Of a DNA stretch of 64,000 nucleotides, positions 48,743 to 58,604 are shown piece by piece (within the stretch, counting starts at the first letter, position 1; every line of letters starts with the position of its first letter). The notes below the pieces were generated by a model. That model was given only the letters and a program-made list of their open reading frames with translations, made no database searches and was not told the DNA's origin. Where the stretch lies: the NCBI GenBank assembly GCA_025677605.1, contig GCA_025677605.1_4110.1; one strand, 5' to 3'. The DNA is from a phage. The position numbers and the translations under genes were made by a program.

Positions 48743-49189
48743 TCATTTTTTAGAACTAATCTTACGTAAGTACTCAAAGTAATCTAAATCAATGTATACC
48801 TGATCGTGCTTCAAGTTCATAGTACTAATAAGATAAAACAAACGTAATACATGTAGTTCTTCATGATTCAGTACTGTACTCAATTGAAAGTATCCTTCTT
48901 CATTACCTACACTTTGTATTGTCTCTCTGGTATACACTGTACGGTCATCACTACTGTCACGTACCACAATCAACTCGTCTGCAAGTGCATTATAGGAGAT
49001 GTAATTTGAATAAGAATTGAAAAATGATTGCTCTTCCGAGCACCCACCACAGAAAGTAAAATATACACACCCACCTTTCTCGTATTCAAGCTCACTACCC
49101 AATACGTTAGGATTATCATTGAAGTACTTGATTATTTGTACAATATCCTGAACCAACTTATCATTTACTTCATAATAATAAAAAAACAT
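48743..49189 (-). CDS. FQ-family paralog, hypothetical
   Basis: Motif EEGYFQLSTVL. Confidence 0.55.
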   Translation of the reverse strand: MFFYYYEVNDKLVQDIVQIIKYFNDNPNVLGSELEYEKGGCVYFTFCGGCSEEQSFFNSYSNYISYNALADELIVVRDSSDDRTVYTRETIQSVGNEEGYFQLSTVLNHEELHVLRLFYLISTMNLKHDQVYIDLDYFEYLRKISSKK

Positions 49190-49194
49190 TACAA

Positions 49195-49650
49195 TTACCT
49201 CTTATATTTCTGTGTCTCTATGTATTCATAATCCATATAGAAACATGTTGAATCTATACTTTTAAAGTACCACATAATGACCAGAGTATCGAGTTCATGT
49301 TCAGTATATACAGTACTTTGCTGAAAGTAATACTCTTCACTATCCCACGGACCATCCAGTACTGAAAACGGAATTGTCAAATCTTTAGCATAATAATCAG
49401 GGTTGTATACGGTTATATCTGACCCTGGGTAGTAATTGATAAAGTAGTACAAAGGGTTATAACCACAATTATCATGATCATAATCATCACATTGCAGTAC
49501 TAATGTATCAGAACCATCAAAATCCTCAATATTCTTCGTGCAATATTCAGTCTCTGACATTTTGAAGATACCTGGAATTTCTCCACCTTTGACCTTAATC
49601 ATGTACTCATGAATCTTCTTTGCTTCTTTTAATGCACTTTGTAACGACAT
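49195..49650 (-). CDS. FQ-family paralog, hypothetical
   Basis: Motif EEYYFQQSTVY; N-terminus MSLQSALKEAKKIHEY. Confidence 0.6.
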   Translation of the reverse strand: MSLQSALKEAKKIHEYMIKVKGGEIPGIFKMSETEYCTKNIEDFDGSDTLVLQCDDYDHDNCGYNPLYYFINYYPGSDITVYNPDYYAKDLTIPFSVLDGPWDSEEYYFQQSTVYTEHELDTLVIMWYFKSIDSTCFYMDYEYIETQKYKR

Positions 49651-50093
49651 TACAAATCCCCTGTACTTAAATATTCACATGCTCCCCAGTCAAGAAAGAA
49701 TGGTTCAAAATTCAATTCCTTAAAGTACCACAACACAACCAAGGAATCAAGCATTTCTTGGTTAAAAATGAGACTCTGTTGGAAGTAATACTCTTCAGTA
49801 CCCCACGGGCCATCAAGTACCCCGAAGTCAACAGGTGAATTTGATGTGTCAAAAGTAATCTTAGTACCTGGAATATATACCATAAAACTAGTATATTGAC
49901 TACATGAAGAGTACTGTATAGTATTGTCTTTATCATGACCCATAAGTAAAATATCAGCAGAGTATGTCTTTATACCTGATAGATAATACTCATTACCAAA
50001 TGCACTTACTTTATCACCATAGAACCCACTTTTTATGTTATCGTGGAAGTGATGTATTTTGTTGGCTAGTTCTAGTGCTCTTTCTAAACTCAT
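49650..50093 (-). CDS. FQ-family paralog, hypothetical
   Basis: Motif EEYYFQQSLIF; N-terminus MSLERALELANKIHHF. Confidence 0.6.
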   Translation of the reverse strand: MSLERALELANKIHHFHDNIKSGFYGDKVSAFGNEYYLSGIKTYSADILLMGHDKDNTIQYSSCSQYTSFMVYIPGTKITFDTSNSPVDFGVLDGPWGTEEYYFQQSLIFNQEMLDSLVVLWYFKELNFEPFFLDWGACEYLSTGDL

Positions 50094-50094
50094 T

Positions 50095-50577
50095 TCAACC
50101 CCTGTGAAGTTTATTAATACCGTTATCTACAGTTTTCTTTACGTATCTGTAATCGAAATAGAAGTTCTCAGAACCAATACTTTTAAAGTACCACATAATT
50201 ACAATACAATCAAGTTCTTCTTCATTGTATACAGTACTTTGTTGGAAGTAATACTCTTCACTATCCCACGGACCATCCAGTACTGCACACGGAATTATAA
50301 TGTCATCGGTATCGTGGACAGTACTGTAGATGGTAATATCTCCACCATTAACATAGACCATGTACTCATTATGCATATCAATGAAACATTCATAATCATT
50401 AGGGTCGGTATCTAGTACGCACGTTTCTGTATCTGGGAAGTCATTATCAATGAGGTTATCAGAGACATAATATTGAGTACTTGTGTCTTTGAAAATACCG
50501 TAAACTGAACCTTCTTTTGCCATATTCATGTACTCATGAATCTTCTTTGCTTCTTGTAATGCTCTTTTTAAACTCAT
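50095..50577 (-). CDS. FQ-family paralog, hypothetical
   Basis: Motif EEYYFQQSTVY; N-terminus MSLKRALQEAKKIHEY. Confidence 0.6.
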   Translation of the reverse strand: MSLKRALQEAKKIHEYMNMAKEGSVYGIFKDTSTQYYVSDNLIDNDFPDTETCVLDTDPNDYECFIDMHNEYMVYVNGGDITIYSTVHDTDDIIIPCAVLDGPWDSEEYYFQQSTVYNEEELDCIVIMWYFKSIGSENFYFDYRYVKKTVDNGINKLHRG

Positions 50578-50578
50578 T

Positions 50579-50749
50579 TCAACCCCTGTGAAGTGTCTTG
50601 ATATATTCTCTGTACGCCATGTGAATATTAGCTATATACAATTCTATACCGTACTTGTCATTTGTAATACAGTTCTTGTGTTGGATATCATTAACAAAAC
50701 GACGAATAACTGCATTCATTAATGATTCCATTTGTTCTTTTTTAAGCAT
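50579..50749 (-). CDS. small protein (56 aa), not in ORF track
   Basis: ATG at 50747-50749 overlapping upstream stop (TGATG); MLKKEQMESLMNAVIRRFVNDIQHKNCITNDKYGIELYIANIHMAYREYIKTLHRG; fills otherwise empty gap. Confidence 0.35.
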   Translation of the reverse strand: MLKKEQMESLMNAVIRRFVNDIQHKNCITNDKYGIELYIANIHMAYREYIKTLHRG

Positions 50750-51075
50750 CAGTACTCCAGATTAATAGAATAAATGCAAGAACGAACTATTTGGTCCTTG
50801 TTATCTCTGTAGTACTTTTGTAATGCAAGGTACATAAAGAAATCGATTTCTTTATCCCATACTAATGATTCCTGAAATATAAAACTTTCATAGTTCTCCA
50901 TGTATTCACATTCGATGTAATTAGGAAGCTTATCTGTTTTGGATACGTACTCAATATTACATTCATTGAAATCACGAATAATCAATATAGGTGTTTTATT
51001 CAATGTAGTAAAAAAGCACGTATAAGTAAAACCACTTCCCATTGTACTTGAAGAAACATATATTTTAGTATTCAT
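50749..51075 (-). CDS. FQ-family paralog, hypothetical
   Basis: Motif ESFIFQESLVW. Confidence 0.55.
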   Translation of the reverse strand: MNTKIYVSSSTMGSGFTYTCFFTTLNKTPILIIRDFNECNIEYVSKTDKLPNYIECEYMENYESFIFQESLVWDKEIDFFMYLALQKYYRDNKDQIVRSCIYSINLEY

Positions 51076-51419
51076 TAGAATCTACTCTTAAGAAGTTTAT
51101 TACAGTGCTCATTGTATTCTTCCTCGGAAATAACTTGAGTACTGCTATTGTTGAAATGATTTCTATAATGACCAGTATTCAAACAGAATGATGCGTTATT
51201 GCGAGTTATAATGTATTTCACAATTTCTCCGCACCAGACTTCTCCAGTGAAAGTCTTTATTTTAATTTTAGTACCATTATGTTTTTTCTGAAGTACTACT
51301 TTTATTTCTTCGAACATTTCATTAAAGAACGAAAGACTTGTCCATCCGTGCATTAAATCTTCAATTTCATATAATGTATTCTGAAGAAGATCTATTTCAC
51401 GGTATTCATTGTATGTCAT
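51075..51419 (-). CDS. hypothetical protein (114 aa)
   Basis: Minus-strand ORF; family motif not evident. Confidence 0.5.
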   Translation of the reverse strand: MTYNEYREIDLLQNTLYEIEDLMHGWTSLSFFNEMFEEIKVVLQKKHNGTKIKIKTFTGEVWCGEIVKYIITRNNASFCLNTGHYRNHFNNSSTQVISEEEYNEHCNKLLKSRF

Positions 51420-51430
51420 AGTTAAGACCC

Positions 51431-51787
51431 CTATAGATTGAAATAGTACTGAACAGTCTTGTGCTTATCTTGAGTTAATTCTATCATGCACTTCGCAGAG
51501 TATTCTTTCATGATATTCTGAATACCAATAACTTCATCTAGTGTACAAATATATTTCTTATCGAACACTAATGACTCCTGAAATAGAGTCGCCTCATCCA
51601 TTTCTGTATAGTCCAGTAGAGGTTCATTAACACCACCACCCACTCGACCGTAATCAATAAAAGAAAATCCATTTGAGGTGTACTTAATATATTGGTCCAA
51701 CGAATGATTGGTATCACCCTTAACGAGATTACAATAGAACTCAACCTTTTTGTAGAAAAAACTGTGAATAGCAAAATCATTGCTCAT
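51431..51787 (-). CDS. FQ-family paralog, hypothetical
   Basis: Motif EATLFQESLVF. Confidence 0.55.
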   Translation of the reverse strand: MSNDFAIHSFFYKKVEFYCNLVKGDTNHSLDQYIKYTSNGFSFIDYGRVGGGVNEPLLDYTEMDEATLFQESLVFDKKYICTLDEVIGIQNIMKEYSAKCMIELTQDKHKTVQYYFNL

Positions 51788-52000
51788 AATAACCTCTACT
51801 ATAATTAATAAGGTAAACTACAATATAAGGAGCACGTTCGGCGGCGGGGTATTTTTTTGTTTAAGGAAACATGAACTGTACTCTGAAAAACACAATATAA
51901 AATTTTATATTAAACATATACCTTAACATGTTTTTCAGCGAAAATTTTTTTGACCCCCCAAAACGCCCCCAAAAACAAGCCTATATTTATCATTTTAAAA

Positions 52001-52567
52001 TTACCCCTTTTCCGCGACCTTATCAAACACGTACTGTATGTACTGATTCAATGCAATGAGATCGATATCTCTGTCAAATCTCAACGTTAACTTCTCTGTC
52101 AACTCCCCGAAGGTATCATAATAATGCTTAACAAAATAACGATATCGTATTGAATTATAATCGTGCAATGTACTGTACTGAAACACTACATCAGGACTAT
52201 ATGGCATCAAATCAATAAGCTCACTTACTTTTAATTTCTCATTTTCGCCATTATTTTTAACTGTTATATATTCATTTGAACTGAACCATGCACATGATAC
52301 ATCTGAACAAATTGATGTTGTACTGTAAAATCTATCTGTACTCACAAATAATACACTATGTGATTTGTTGGATTTTCTTTCGTAAATCGATAAATCCGAC
52401 ATAAGCGTAATGATTGGTTCGTGTCGAAATTTATTATGCTGGTACGTTTCCTGAAACGCATTCGGATTTTTGTAAATCCTATCTACAATTAAATACAACC
52501 CCTTGATGTATTCTAAATCATCTTCTATCGCTTTGCATGTACTTTCTATGTCCTGAAGGTCCAGCAT
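52001..52567 (-). CDS. FQ-family paralog, hypothetical
   Basis: Motif PDVVFQYSTLH. Confidence 0.55.
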   Translation of the reverse strand: MLDLQDIESTCKAIEDDLEYIKGLYLIVDRIYKNPNAFQETYQHNKFRHEPIITLMSDLSIYERKSNKSHSVLFVSTDRFYSTTSICSDVSCAWFSSNEYITVKNNGENEKLKVSELIDLMPYSPDVVFQYSTLHDYNSIRYRYFVKHYYDTFGELTEKLTLRFDRDIDLIALNQYIQYVFDKVAEKG

Positions 52568-53103
52568 TACTCCCCCTTAATCTCTTTGAGATCTTTTACT
52601 AACCTATCGTACCACGTTAAAGCTAAAAAGAAATTCGTTTTCACATTAGCACGTAATACATTATATACTTGCTGCACCTGTAAAACATAAGGATCTTGTA
52701 CTAAGGACTCCTGAAAATATTCTTCAGGACTCAGGATGTTAGGATTCAAGGTTGCAATATCAACGTGCTTTGTTAAACCAAAAAAGGTTTCTTCCTCTCT
52801 CTTGCTCATATCCAAATAACGAATCCAATTCACTGGAGCGAACTCTTCAGATGCTGATGTAGCCGATGTAATAGCATTGAACAAAAGACAATACTCTAAC
52901 TGCATCTTCTCACCTACAGCGTGCATTACCGTATCTCTCCTGTAATACACAATAGAGGGATACTTTTCAATATCGCTCTTAGGCTCAAGCCATCCTTCCT
53001 TGTGCTTAGGATAGATGTGGTCAAAATCCCCAGCCTCAAACGCCTGTACGATTTTTACTAAATTGTCAGCGAACTCGTACTCAAAATGTTTGTGCTGGAT
53101 CAT
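52567..53103 (-). CDS. FQ-family paralog, hypothetical
   Basis: Motif PEEYFQESLVQ. Confidence 0.55.
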   Translation of the reverse strand: MIQHKHFEYEFADNLVKIVQAFEAGDFDHIYPKHKEGWLEPKSDIEKYPSIVYYRRDTVMHAVGEKMQLEYCLLFNAITSATSASEEFAPVNWIRYLDMSKREEETFFGLTKHVDIATLNPNILSPEEYFQESLVQDPYVLQVQQVYNVLRANVKTNFFLALTWYDRLVKDLKEIKGE

Positions 53104-53134
53104 CTAAATCACTCCCGTCTTTGTTGTATTGTGT

Positions 53135-53164
53135 GTTATTGCATGTTATTGCATGTTATTGCGT
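53135..53164. repeat. three tandem copies of a 10-bp unit (GTTATTGCAT x2, GTTATTGCGT)
   Basis: Direct tandem repeat in the 62-bp intergenic gap between two array genes. Confidence 0.7.
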
Positions 53165-53165
53165 A

Positions 53166-53804
53166 TTATAACACAATCTCTTTTAACTTCAAAATGAAAT
53201 CTTCATATACTTTTATCTGAAAATGCGGACTCTGTGCACTGAAACTAAACCCAGGTTCAATCAATTTCTTGTACTCATTTGCATATTTGCACAACTTCAG
53301 GATTTCGGTAGGGTCCACCATATCCTTCTGTACTAAGGACATTTGAAAAAGCACTTCCTCTACACCCTCGTACTCTTGACCTGCAATGTAACATATGTCA
53401 TCGTCTAACGATAATGATATGAACGTCTTTGTACTTATTACATTACCATCTTTTGAAACACCATAATCTGCAACTGAATCCACAAAGGAATCCGGCTTAG
53501 ATGAACCTGCTATGTCGCAAATGTACTTGTCAATGTATGTGATGTTATTGTTGTTATCGAATATACCAAATGCTAATGACGTGTCAAATACTTCCCTGAA
53601 ACCAATTCTGTCACTACCGATAACTAAAACTAATTTACCACAGGATGCACTGTATCTGGATGCGGAATCAAATGGAATCTCCAATTTTGAATTCTCAGGG
53701 AAAATAGCATTGAACTTCTTTAGCATTTCAAACATATAAGGAACATGAGGCTCCATGAACTTCATCACCTCATACGGTGAAGCATTTCTGGGAAAATTAT
53801 GCAT
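53166..53804 (-). CDS. FQ-family paralog, hypothetical
   Basis: Motif EEVLFQMSLVQ. Confidence 0.55.
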   Translation of the reverse strand: MHNFPRNASPYEVMKFMEPHVPYMFEMLKKFNAIFPENSKLEIPFDSASRYSASCGKLVLVIGSDRIGFREVFDTSLAFGIFDNNNNITYIDKYICDIAGSSKPDSFVDSVADYGVSKDGNVISTKTFISLSLDDDICYIAGQEYEGVEEVLFQMSLVQKDMVDPTEILKLCKYANEYKKLIEPGFSFSAQSPHFQIKVYEDFILKLKEIVL

Positions 53805-54366
53805 ATGTACTTACCCTTAAATTTTCGAAATCCCATACATCACTGATTGTACCATTGTGCCTGTAATCATAATATTGTACTAATACATTATACAATAACT
53901 TCAACGATACAAATTCATGATTCCACGGGGCTTTATTCTCATGAACACATTTAGAGATATAAGGTATCATATATAAAGCAACCATCTCTAATGGTTCATG
54001 TACACATTGCTTTTGAAAATATTCTTCTTCTTGCATACAATGCTCAGGAATAATTAGATCACCATGTTTACCGAAGACATATGAACCTACTGTGTATTTT
54101 TTCACATCGCAAGCGAACCATATTGTACTATCCGAAACAAATGGAATGATACCATTATTGTTTGCAATGTACATCATATGGTAAGAGCTATTTGACTTGT
54201 TAAATACCTCTATACTTTTAATATTACTACAAATCGCGTATTCAATACAATCAATAATCTTATCTTTAAATACACCAATTTCATTGAATGTCATTGCTTT
54301 CTGTACTTGCGATGTTTGCGATGTTTGCATGGGGTTCTCCTTAAAAATGTTCAGGTATATTAGCAC
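53797..54366 (-). CDS. FQ-family paralog, hypothetical
   Basis: Motif EEEYFQKQCVH. Confidence 0.55.
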   Translation of the reverse strand: MLIYLNIFKENPMQTSQTSQVQKAMTFNEIGVFKDKIIDCIEYAICSNIKSIEVFNKSNSSYHMMYIANNNGIIPFVSDSTIWFACDVKKYTVGSYVFGKHGDLIIPEHCMQEEEYFQKQCVHEPLEMVALYMIPYISKCVHENKAPWNHEFVSLKLLYNVLVQYYDYRHNGTISDVWDFENLRVSTYA

Positions 54367-54410
54367 CGATTCGGTACTGTGTCAATACCAAAACGAAAAA
54401 AGCCCATATC

Positions 54411-54908
54411 TTACGATACAGGCTCGGTTGGGTAAAAGGACTCATATACATTTTTCATTTGCTGGAAATAAAAATATACATGATTCTTAAGCACACCATT
54501 CTCATAAAGCATCTTGTATATTGCGTAGAAAAAGATATCAATTTCTTCATGTATTGTACTGTACTGGAACCACAACTCCGGTGTCAAGGGTTCTGGACTG
54601 TATTTGATTTCCAACAAAGCATCATCCATTGGCTTATCACGTCCTGGATACATATACCAAAGGTCATCTCTTTCCAGACGAAGATCATCTTCATCAGGAT
54701 ATACATTGTCAGGAGCAAAATTTAAAAAACTAAAAAGCACTTTACCTGAATTTGATTCTTCTAACTGATTGTTAATATAATCATATTTGTGATTTATTGA
54801 AGCATATCCTTTTCCTTCATATGCTTTCATTATATTGTATACACCTTCAATGTACTTAACGTACTGTACAGCACTCTCTAAACTAAATTCCACTTTACAT
54901 TTTTGCAT
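54411..54908 (-). CDS. FQ-family paralog, hypothetical
   Basis: Motif PELWFQYSTIH. Confidence 0.55.
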   Translation of the reverse strand: MQKCKVEFSLESAVQYVKYIEGVYNIMKAYEGKGYASINHKYDYINNQLEESNSGKVLFSFLNFAPDNVYPDEDDLRLERDDLWYMYPGRDKPMDDALLEIKYSPEPLTPELWFQYSTIHEEIDIFFYAIYKMLYENGVLKNHVYFYFQQMKNVYESFYPTEPVS

Positions 54909-55279
54909 AATAAAATAATCTCAACTAAAGCAAGAACTGTATTGAATTCCACTATACTTGTAATTCCCTGAAGGTACATGTACTTTGCTATTACATATTT
55001 CTGTACTAAATTATCATTCTTCTTGAATTCATCAAACGCATCATTACAACGTGTCATGTATTCTGTACTCAAAAATATCTTATGCATCTCTAATGCACTC
55101 TGATAATATGCATACAACTCACGAATATCTATACTACGTAAATCACGTTGTTCGTACTTGTGATACGGAATAGCTTCAATTTCAATATTATAAAACCATT
55201 CTGTTAACTTATTAATATCAAATGTATTATTGTACTTCGAGGTCATAATATTTCCTTTCCCATTCGGATACATGGGCAT
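54878..55279 (-). CDS. hypothetical protein (133 aa)
   Basis: Minus-strand ORF; family motif not evident. Confidence 0.45.
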   Translation of the reverse strand: MPMYPNGKGNIMTSKYNNTFDINKLTEWFYNIEIEAIPYHKYEQRDLRSIDIRELYAYYQSALEMHKIFLSTEYMTRCNDAFDEFKKNDNLVQKYVIAKYMYLQGITSIVEFNTVLALVEIILLCKNVKWNLV

Positions 55280-55535
55280 TAAAATTCATAACAGCTTTCT
55301 GTATCTTTTTTAATAATAACACATCATATCCACCTGTGTCAATCACTAATTGCTGTTGAAACAATTCTTCGTCGGATAATGTATTGAAATCTACAAAATA
55401 ATCTGTGACTTCGTTATCATTTAAATGTGCCATGTACCAACCTGAACTACATGAATAAATCAAATTCCAACCGTCTTCATCGCCTTCTAATTCAACATAA
55501 ATCATATCTTTTGTATAAAGCATTCTATACTTCAT
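55227..55535 (-). CDS. FQ-family paralog, hypothetical
   Basis: Motif DEELFQQQLVI. Confidence 0.5.
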   Translation of the reverse strand: MKYRMLYTKDMIYVELEGDEDGWNLIYSCSSGWYMAHLNDNEVTDYFVDFNTLSDEELFQQQLVIDTGGYDVLLLKKIQKAVMNFNAHVSEWERKYYDLEVQ

Positions 55536-56040
55536 AACTATATCCTTGCATCAAAATATCATAAACTGCTTGAATGTCAGGAACTTTTATATAAAATTTA
55601 AAACCCTTAATTAAAGGATTCGCGTACAATGAACTGAATAACTTTAGATAATGCATTTGACGAGGACTATATAATAACGATTTCTGAAATAATTCAGCAC
55701 TACAATCTGTACTAATATCAATTAAATCAATTCGTTCTTCTACTTCATCATCTTGTTTCAAATCATAAAAGAAATAATCGTTTGTGTTTACCCACAAATA
55801 CCCTTCTTTATTTTCGTATACAACAGGAGATGTTTGTACCGGATTGGCTTGGGTAAATGCTGCAATACAAACGTTAACATTCCCTGCATTATTTGCATTG
55901 TGAAACATAAACGATAATTTACCATGCCTATCTTCTATGCGTAATTCATCTATATCAATGTACTTATGTATAGGATGATTATTTTTGAGCATAAGCATTA
56001 TTGTACTAATCTTGTGCGTTAATAATTCAATTTCATTCAT
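55525..56040 (-). CDS. FQ-family paralog, hypothetical
   Basis: Motif SAELFQKSLLY. Confidence 0.55.
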   Translation of the reverse strand: MNEIELLTHKISTIMLMLKNNHPIHKYIDIDELRIEDRHGKLSFMFHNANNAGNVNVCIAAFTQANPVQTSPVVYENKEGYLWVNTNDYFFYDLKQDDEVEERIDLIDISTDCSAELFQKSLLYSPRQMHYLKLFSSLYANPLIKGFKFYIKVPDIQAVYDILMQGYSYEV

Positions 56041-56046
56041 ATATTA

Positions 56047-56430
56047 TTACCTATAGCATTTGAGCACTGTAACCAATCCCTCTGCATTCTTGAAATGCAT
56101 TAAAGACAATGAACTATCAACGTACTGCAATGATATAATTACATCCTGTTCTGTGTGTTTGAATAAAAATTCCTGTACCGAATTCGTACCATAATACATG
56201 TACTTCGTTGCTTCAATCTGCAAATAAGGCACTTCTGTATTGTGTAAAAAGATATTGATTATTTCATTATTCTGTAATCTGCAATCAAATTTGTATGTTT
56301 CATATAACGGTACATCCGATGATGCCTGTACTGCCTGTACTGCCTGTGCTGCATGAGCGGTGTTTATAAATGATAAAAACACAAATGTTAAAATGAATAT
56401 GATTTTATTGAACATGTTTTGTTTCCTCAA
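56047..56430 (-). CDS. secreted protein with N-terminal signal peptide
   Basis: Basic N-terminus, hydrophobic core IIFILTFVFLSFI, AHA-AQ cleavage-like site, then AQAVQAVQA repeat. Confidence 0.55.
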   Translation of the reverse strand: MRKQNMFNKIIFILTFVFLSFINTAHAAQAVQAVQASSDVPLYETYKFDCRLQNNEIINIFLHNTEVPYLQIEATKYMYYGTNSVQEFLFKHTEQDVIISLQYVDSSLSLMHFKNAEGLVTVLKCYR

Positions 56431-56624
56431 TAATGTTTGTACTTGTGTAAAATTCTATCCTGTACTGAAAGATGCTCAAATATAATTACACTCAAATAAT
56501 AATTGTAATCATTGATACCACCCCTCAAATGCATATTGTAATACAGCTTAATACTATCTAATAATGAATCCTGTAATGCATGTAATGCATTTAATGTCTT
56601 TGCATCTATCATCATCTTTCCCAT
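56427..56624 (-). CDS. hypothetical small protein (65 aa)
   Basis: Minus-strand ORF, ATGA overlap. Confidence 0.45.
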   Translation of the reverse strand: MGKMMIDAKTLNALHALQDSLLDSIKLYYNMHLRGGINDYNYYLSVIIFEHLSVQDRILHKYKHY

Positions 56625-57013
56625 TTAATAGGGTATTCCGTTTCATTCACTACATACGACATAATCCATCCGTAATGGATAGGATGATATTTGTCTGAAT
56701 CAGGAATAAAATATAAAGCTGTACTGGGATTATAACTGAAGAAATCCCTCTCGTCAAATGTTAATCTGGCTAACTTAATTTTCCTTGGAATTGCATGAGG
56801 ACGAACTGCATTCTTTACACAGAATATACCATCTTTGTATTTTGGTTCGATAACACCCAATGCACTCTGGATTAACTCCTGAAAGACTAAATTGATTTGT
56901 GCAAATGAATCCTTGTTGTTATGCATTTCGTGCCATAAATCTCGTCTTGCATTTAACATCATTATTACTGGTCTAAGATCCTGTACTATTGTTAGATTCT
57001 GCATTGTATTCAT
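56612..57013 (-). CDS. hypothetical protein (133 aa)
   Basis: Minus-strand ORF. Confidence 0.5.
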   Translation of the reverse strand: MNTMQNLTIVQDLRPVIMMLNARRDLWHEMHNNKDSFAQINLVFQELIQSALGVIEPKYKDGIFCVKNAVRPHAIPRKIKLARLTFDERDFFSYNPSTALYFIPDSDKYHPIHYGWIMSYVVNETEYPIKWER

Positions 57014-57230
57014 TTATCTCATTCTGTAACTTAACAACCAAAATTTGCGTATGAATTTTTCGCTCAAGGTGCTTGATAAATTTCTGTACCATTTCTTCTT
57101 GTACTGATGTACCAAGATAAAATAACATATTAAATTCTGATAATCGCAGAGCAAAATCTTCATCGCCCCCCTGTAAACAAAAATCCCTGTACTTCGATGC
57201 GTACAAATGATGGTTTACATTTTTGTACAT
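56973..57230 (-). CDS. GTNYQ-family small protein (diverged), hypothetical
   Basis: Motif FYLGTSVQEE. Confidence 0.45.
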   Translation of the reverse strand: MYKNVNHHLYASKYRDFCLQGGDEDFALRLSEFNMLFYLGTSVQEEMVQKFIKHLERKIHTQILVVKLQNEINEYNAESNNSTGS

Positions 57231-57433
57231 TTAGACTCCTTTGGTGTGCATACTATCTCTGTTCGTAAAGCCCTTATGTATGCATCAACGAATTGTGGCT
57301 GTGCTCTCGTTCCTAGATAAAATAATAAATCGAACTCTGCCATTTTAACATTAAAAGGATCTGAATCTACATTTCGAATAAACTGTCTGTACTTCAATTC
57401 ATATCCGTTAGGCATCTTCTTGTATACTATCAT
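57215..57433 (-). CDS. GTNYQ-family small protein (diverged), hypothetical
   Basis: Motif FYLGTRAQPQ. Confidence 0.45.
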   Translation of the reverse strand: MIVYKKMPNGYELKYRQFIRNVDSDPFNVKMAEFDLLFYLGTRAQPQFVDAYIRALRTEIVCTPKESKCTKM

Positions 57434-57743
57434 ATTCTATACAATCACCTCTTTTAATCGAATCCCAAACTTCTTTCATCCTCTTCTGTAAACTGCACAT
57501 AATATCTATATCAAACATATAAGGGTCATGAATTAGACTGTACTGAAATAATTCATCTTCCTGCATAAGAGAAAGATCCTGAAGCAACTCGTACTTACCT
57601 AAACTCCTGGGACTCAAATAAGCAAAATATTCTTTACCGTCCTCAAAAACATAATGTACTTCATGATTCATGTACTTCTTGTAATTCTCATGCGTATAAG
57701 CAAATATACAACCGGAATTAATTCGGTGAATGTTGAATTTCAT
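57408..57743 (-). CDS. FQ-family paralog, hypothetical
   Basis: Motif EDELFQYSLIH. Confidence 0.55.
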   Translation of the reverse strand: MKFNIHRINSGCIFAYTHENYKKYMNHEVHYVFEDGKEYFAYLSPRSLGKYELLQDLSLMQEDELFQYSLIHDPYMFDIDIMCSLQKRMKEVWDSIKRGDCIEYDSIQEDA

Positions 57744-57752
57744 ATTAATCTC

Positions 57753-58109
57753 TTATACGTAAATTGGATGAATATTTTGAAGGAAATGCTTAGAAATATT
57801 CATACATGATATCATCTGCCTTTGTACTTCCTTCATCTCTTTGTATGTCAACCCAAAAGAATCATCGTATACTAACATGTACTGAAACTCTTCTTCTTCA
57901 GAGATATCAACTAGATTCGGTACTGCTATCGTATTTTCATATGATTTGATACCTTCTACCCAATAGAAACAATTATCAACTTTATTGTACTCAAATATCT
58001 TAACCCCAGGCCCACCCTGTACATTGGTCAACGCAATGAAACATGTATTCGCTCTTTTTATACAATTGATCTTACGCATTATCGCATTATCTCCATCTCT
58101 CTCCGTCAT
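57753..58109 (-). CDS. FQ-family paralog, hypothetical
   Basis: Motif EEEEFQYMLVY. Confidence 0.55.
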   Translation of the reverse strand: MTERDGDNAIMRKINCIKRANTCFIALTNVQGGPGVKIFEYNKVDNCFYWVEGIKSYENTIAVPNLVDISEEEEFQYMLVYDDSFGLTYKEMKEVQRQMISCMNISKHFLQNIHPIYV

Positions 58110-58332
58110 CGCAAGAGTACTGGTACGTTGTCGTTAGGGTAGGAATCATGTTCGTAATCGGCATATTATTCACAATAACCGTTACGGGCATCATAACCGT
58201 CTCTTTTCTACTCTGTCCTGTCTTTGTGCAATTCATCTTGTGCATTTCATCTGAATCCAGATACGCTAATACAAACGGTGCAATCCCAAGAACAATACAC
58301 AAGACGATAAGGAAATTTAAAAATTTTAACAT
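58087..58332 (-). CDS. small membrane protein (81 aa)
   Basis: N-terminal TM helix FLNFLIVLCIVLGIAPFVLAYL. Confidence 0.45.
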   Translation of the reverse strand: MLKFLNFLIVLCIVLGIAPFVLAYLDSDEMHKMNCTKTGQSRKETVMMPVTVIVNNMPITNMIPTLTTTYQYSCDDGERWR

Positions 58333-58370
58333 AATCTGTACCCTATGATTAACGTTAGTGTACTATAGCA

Positions 58371-58601
58371 CTACAATAGAGTACTGTCAACTGCTTTGTT
58401 CTCTATTATACTCATTAAACCCCAAATTAGATAACGAACACTATCAGCTTGATAGTTAGTACCTACTGTGCATTTTAAAATTAACTCATCTTTCAGTACT
58501 GCACGTTCTTCTTGGGATATAGGAAGAGAATTTATTTGTTTTATTTGTGGTTGTAAAGTATTAATAAGCTTGCAGTACTCTTCGAATGATAATCTTTTCA
58601 T
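58371..58601 (-). CDS. GTNYQ-family small protein, hypothetical
   Basis: Motif KCTVGTNYQAD. Confidence 0.5.
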   Translation of the reverse strand: MKRLSFEEYCKLINTLQPQIKQINSLPISQEERAVLKDELILKCTVGTNYQADSVRYLIWGLMSIIENKAVDSTLL

Positions 58602-58604
58602 GGT

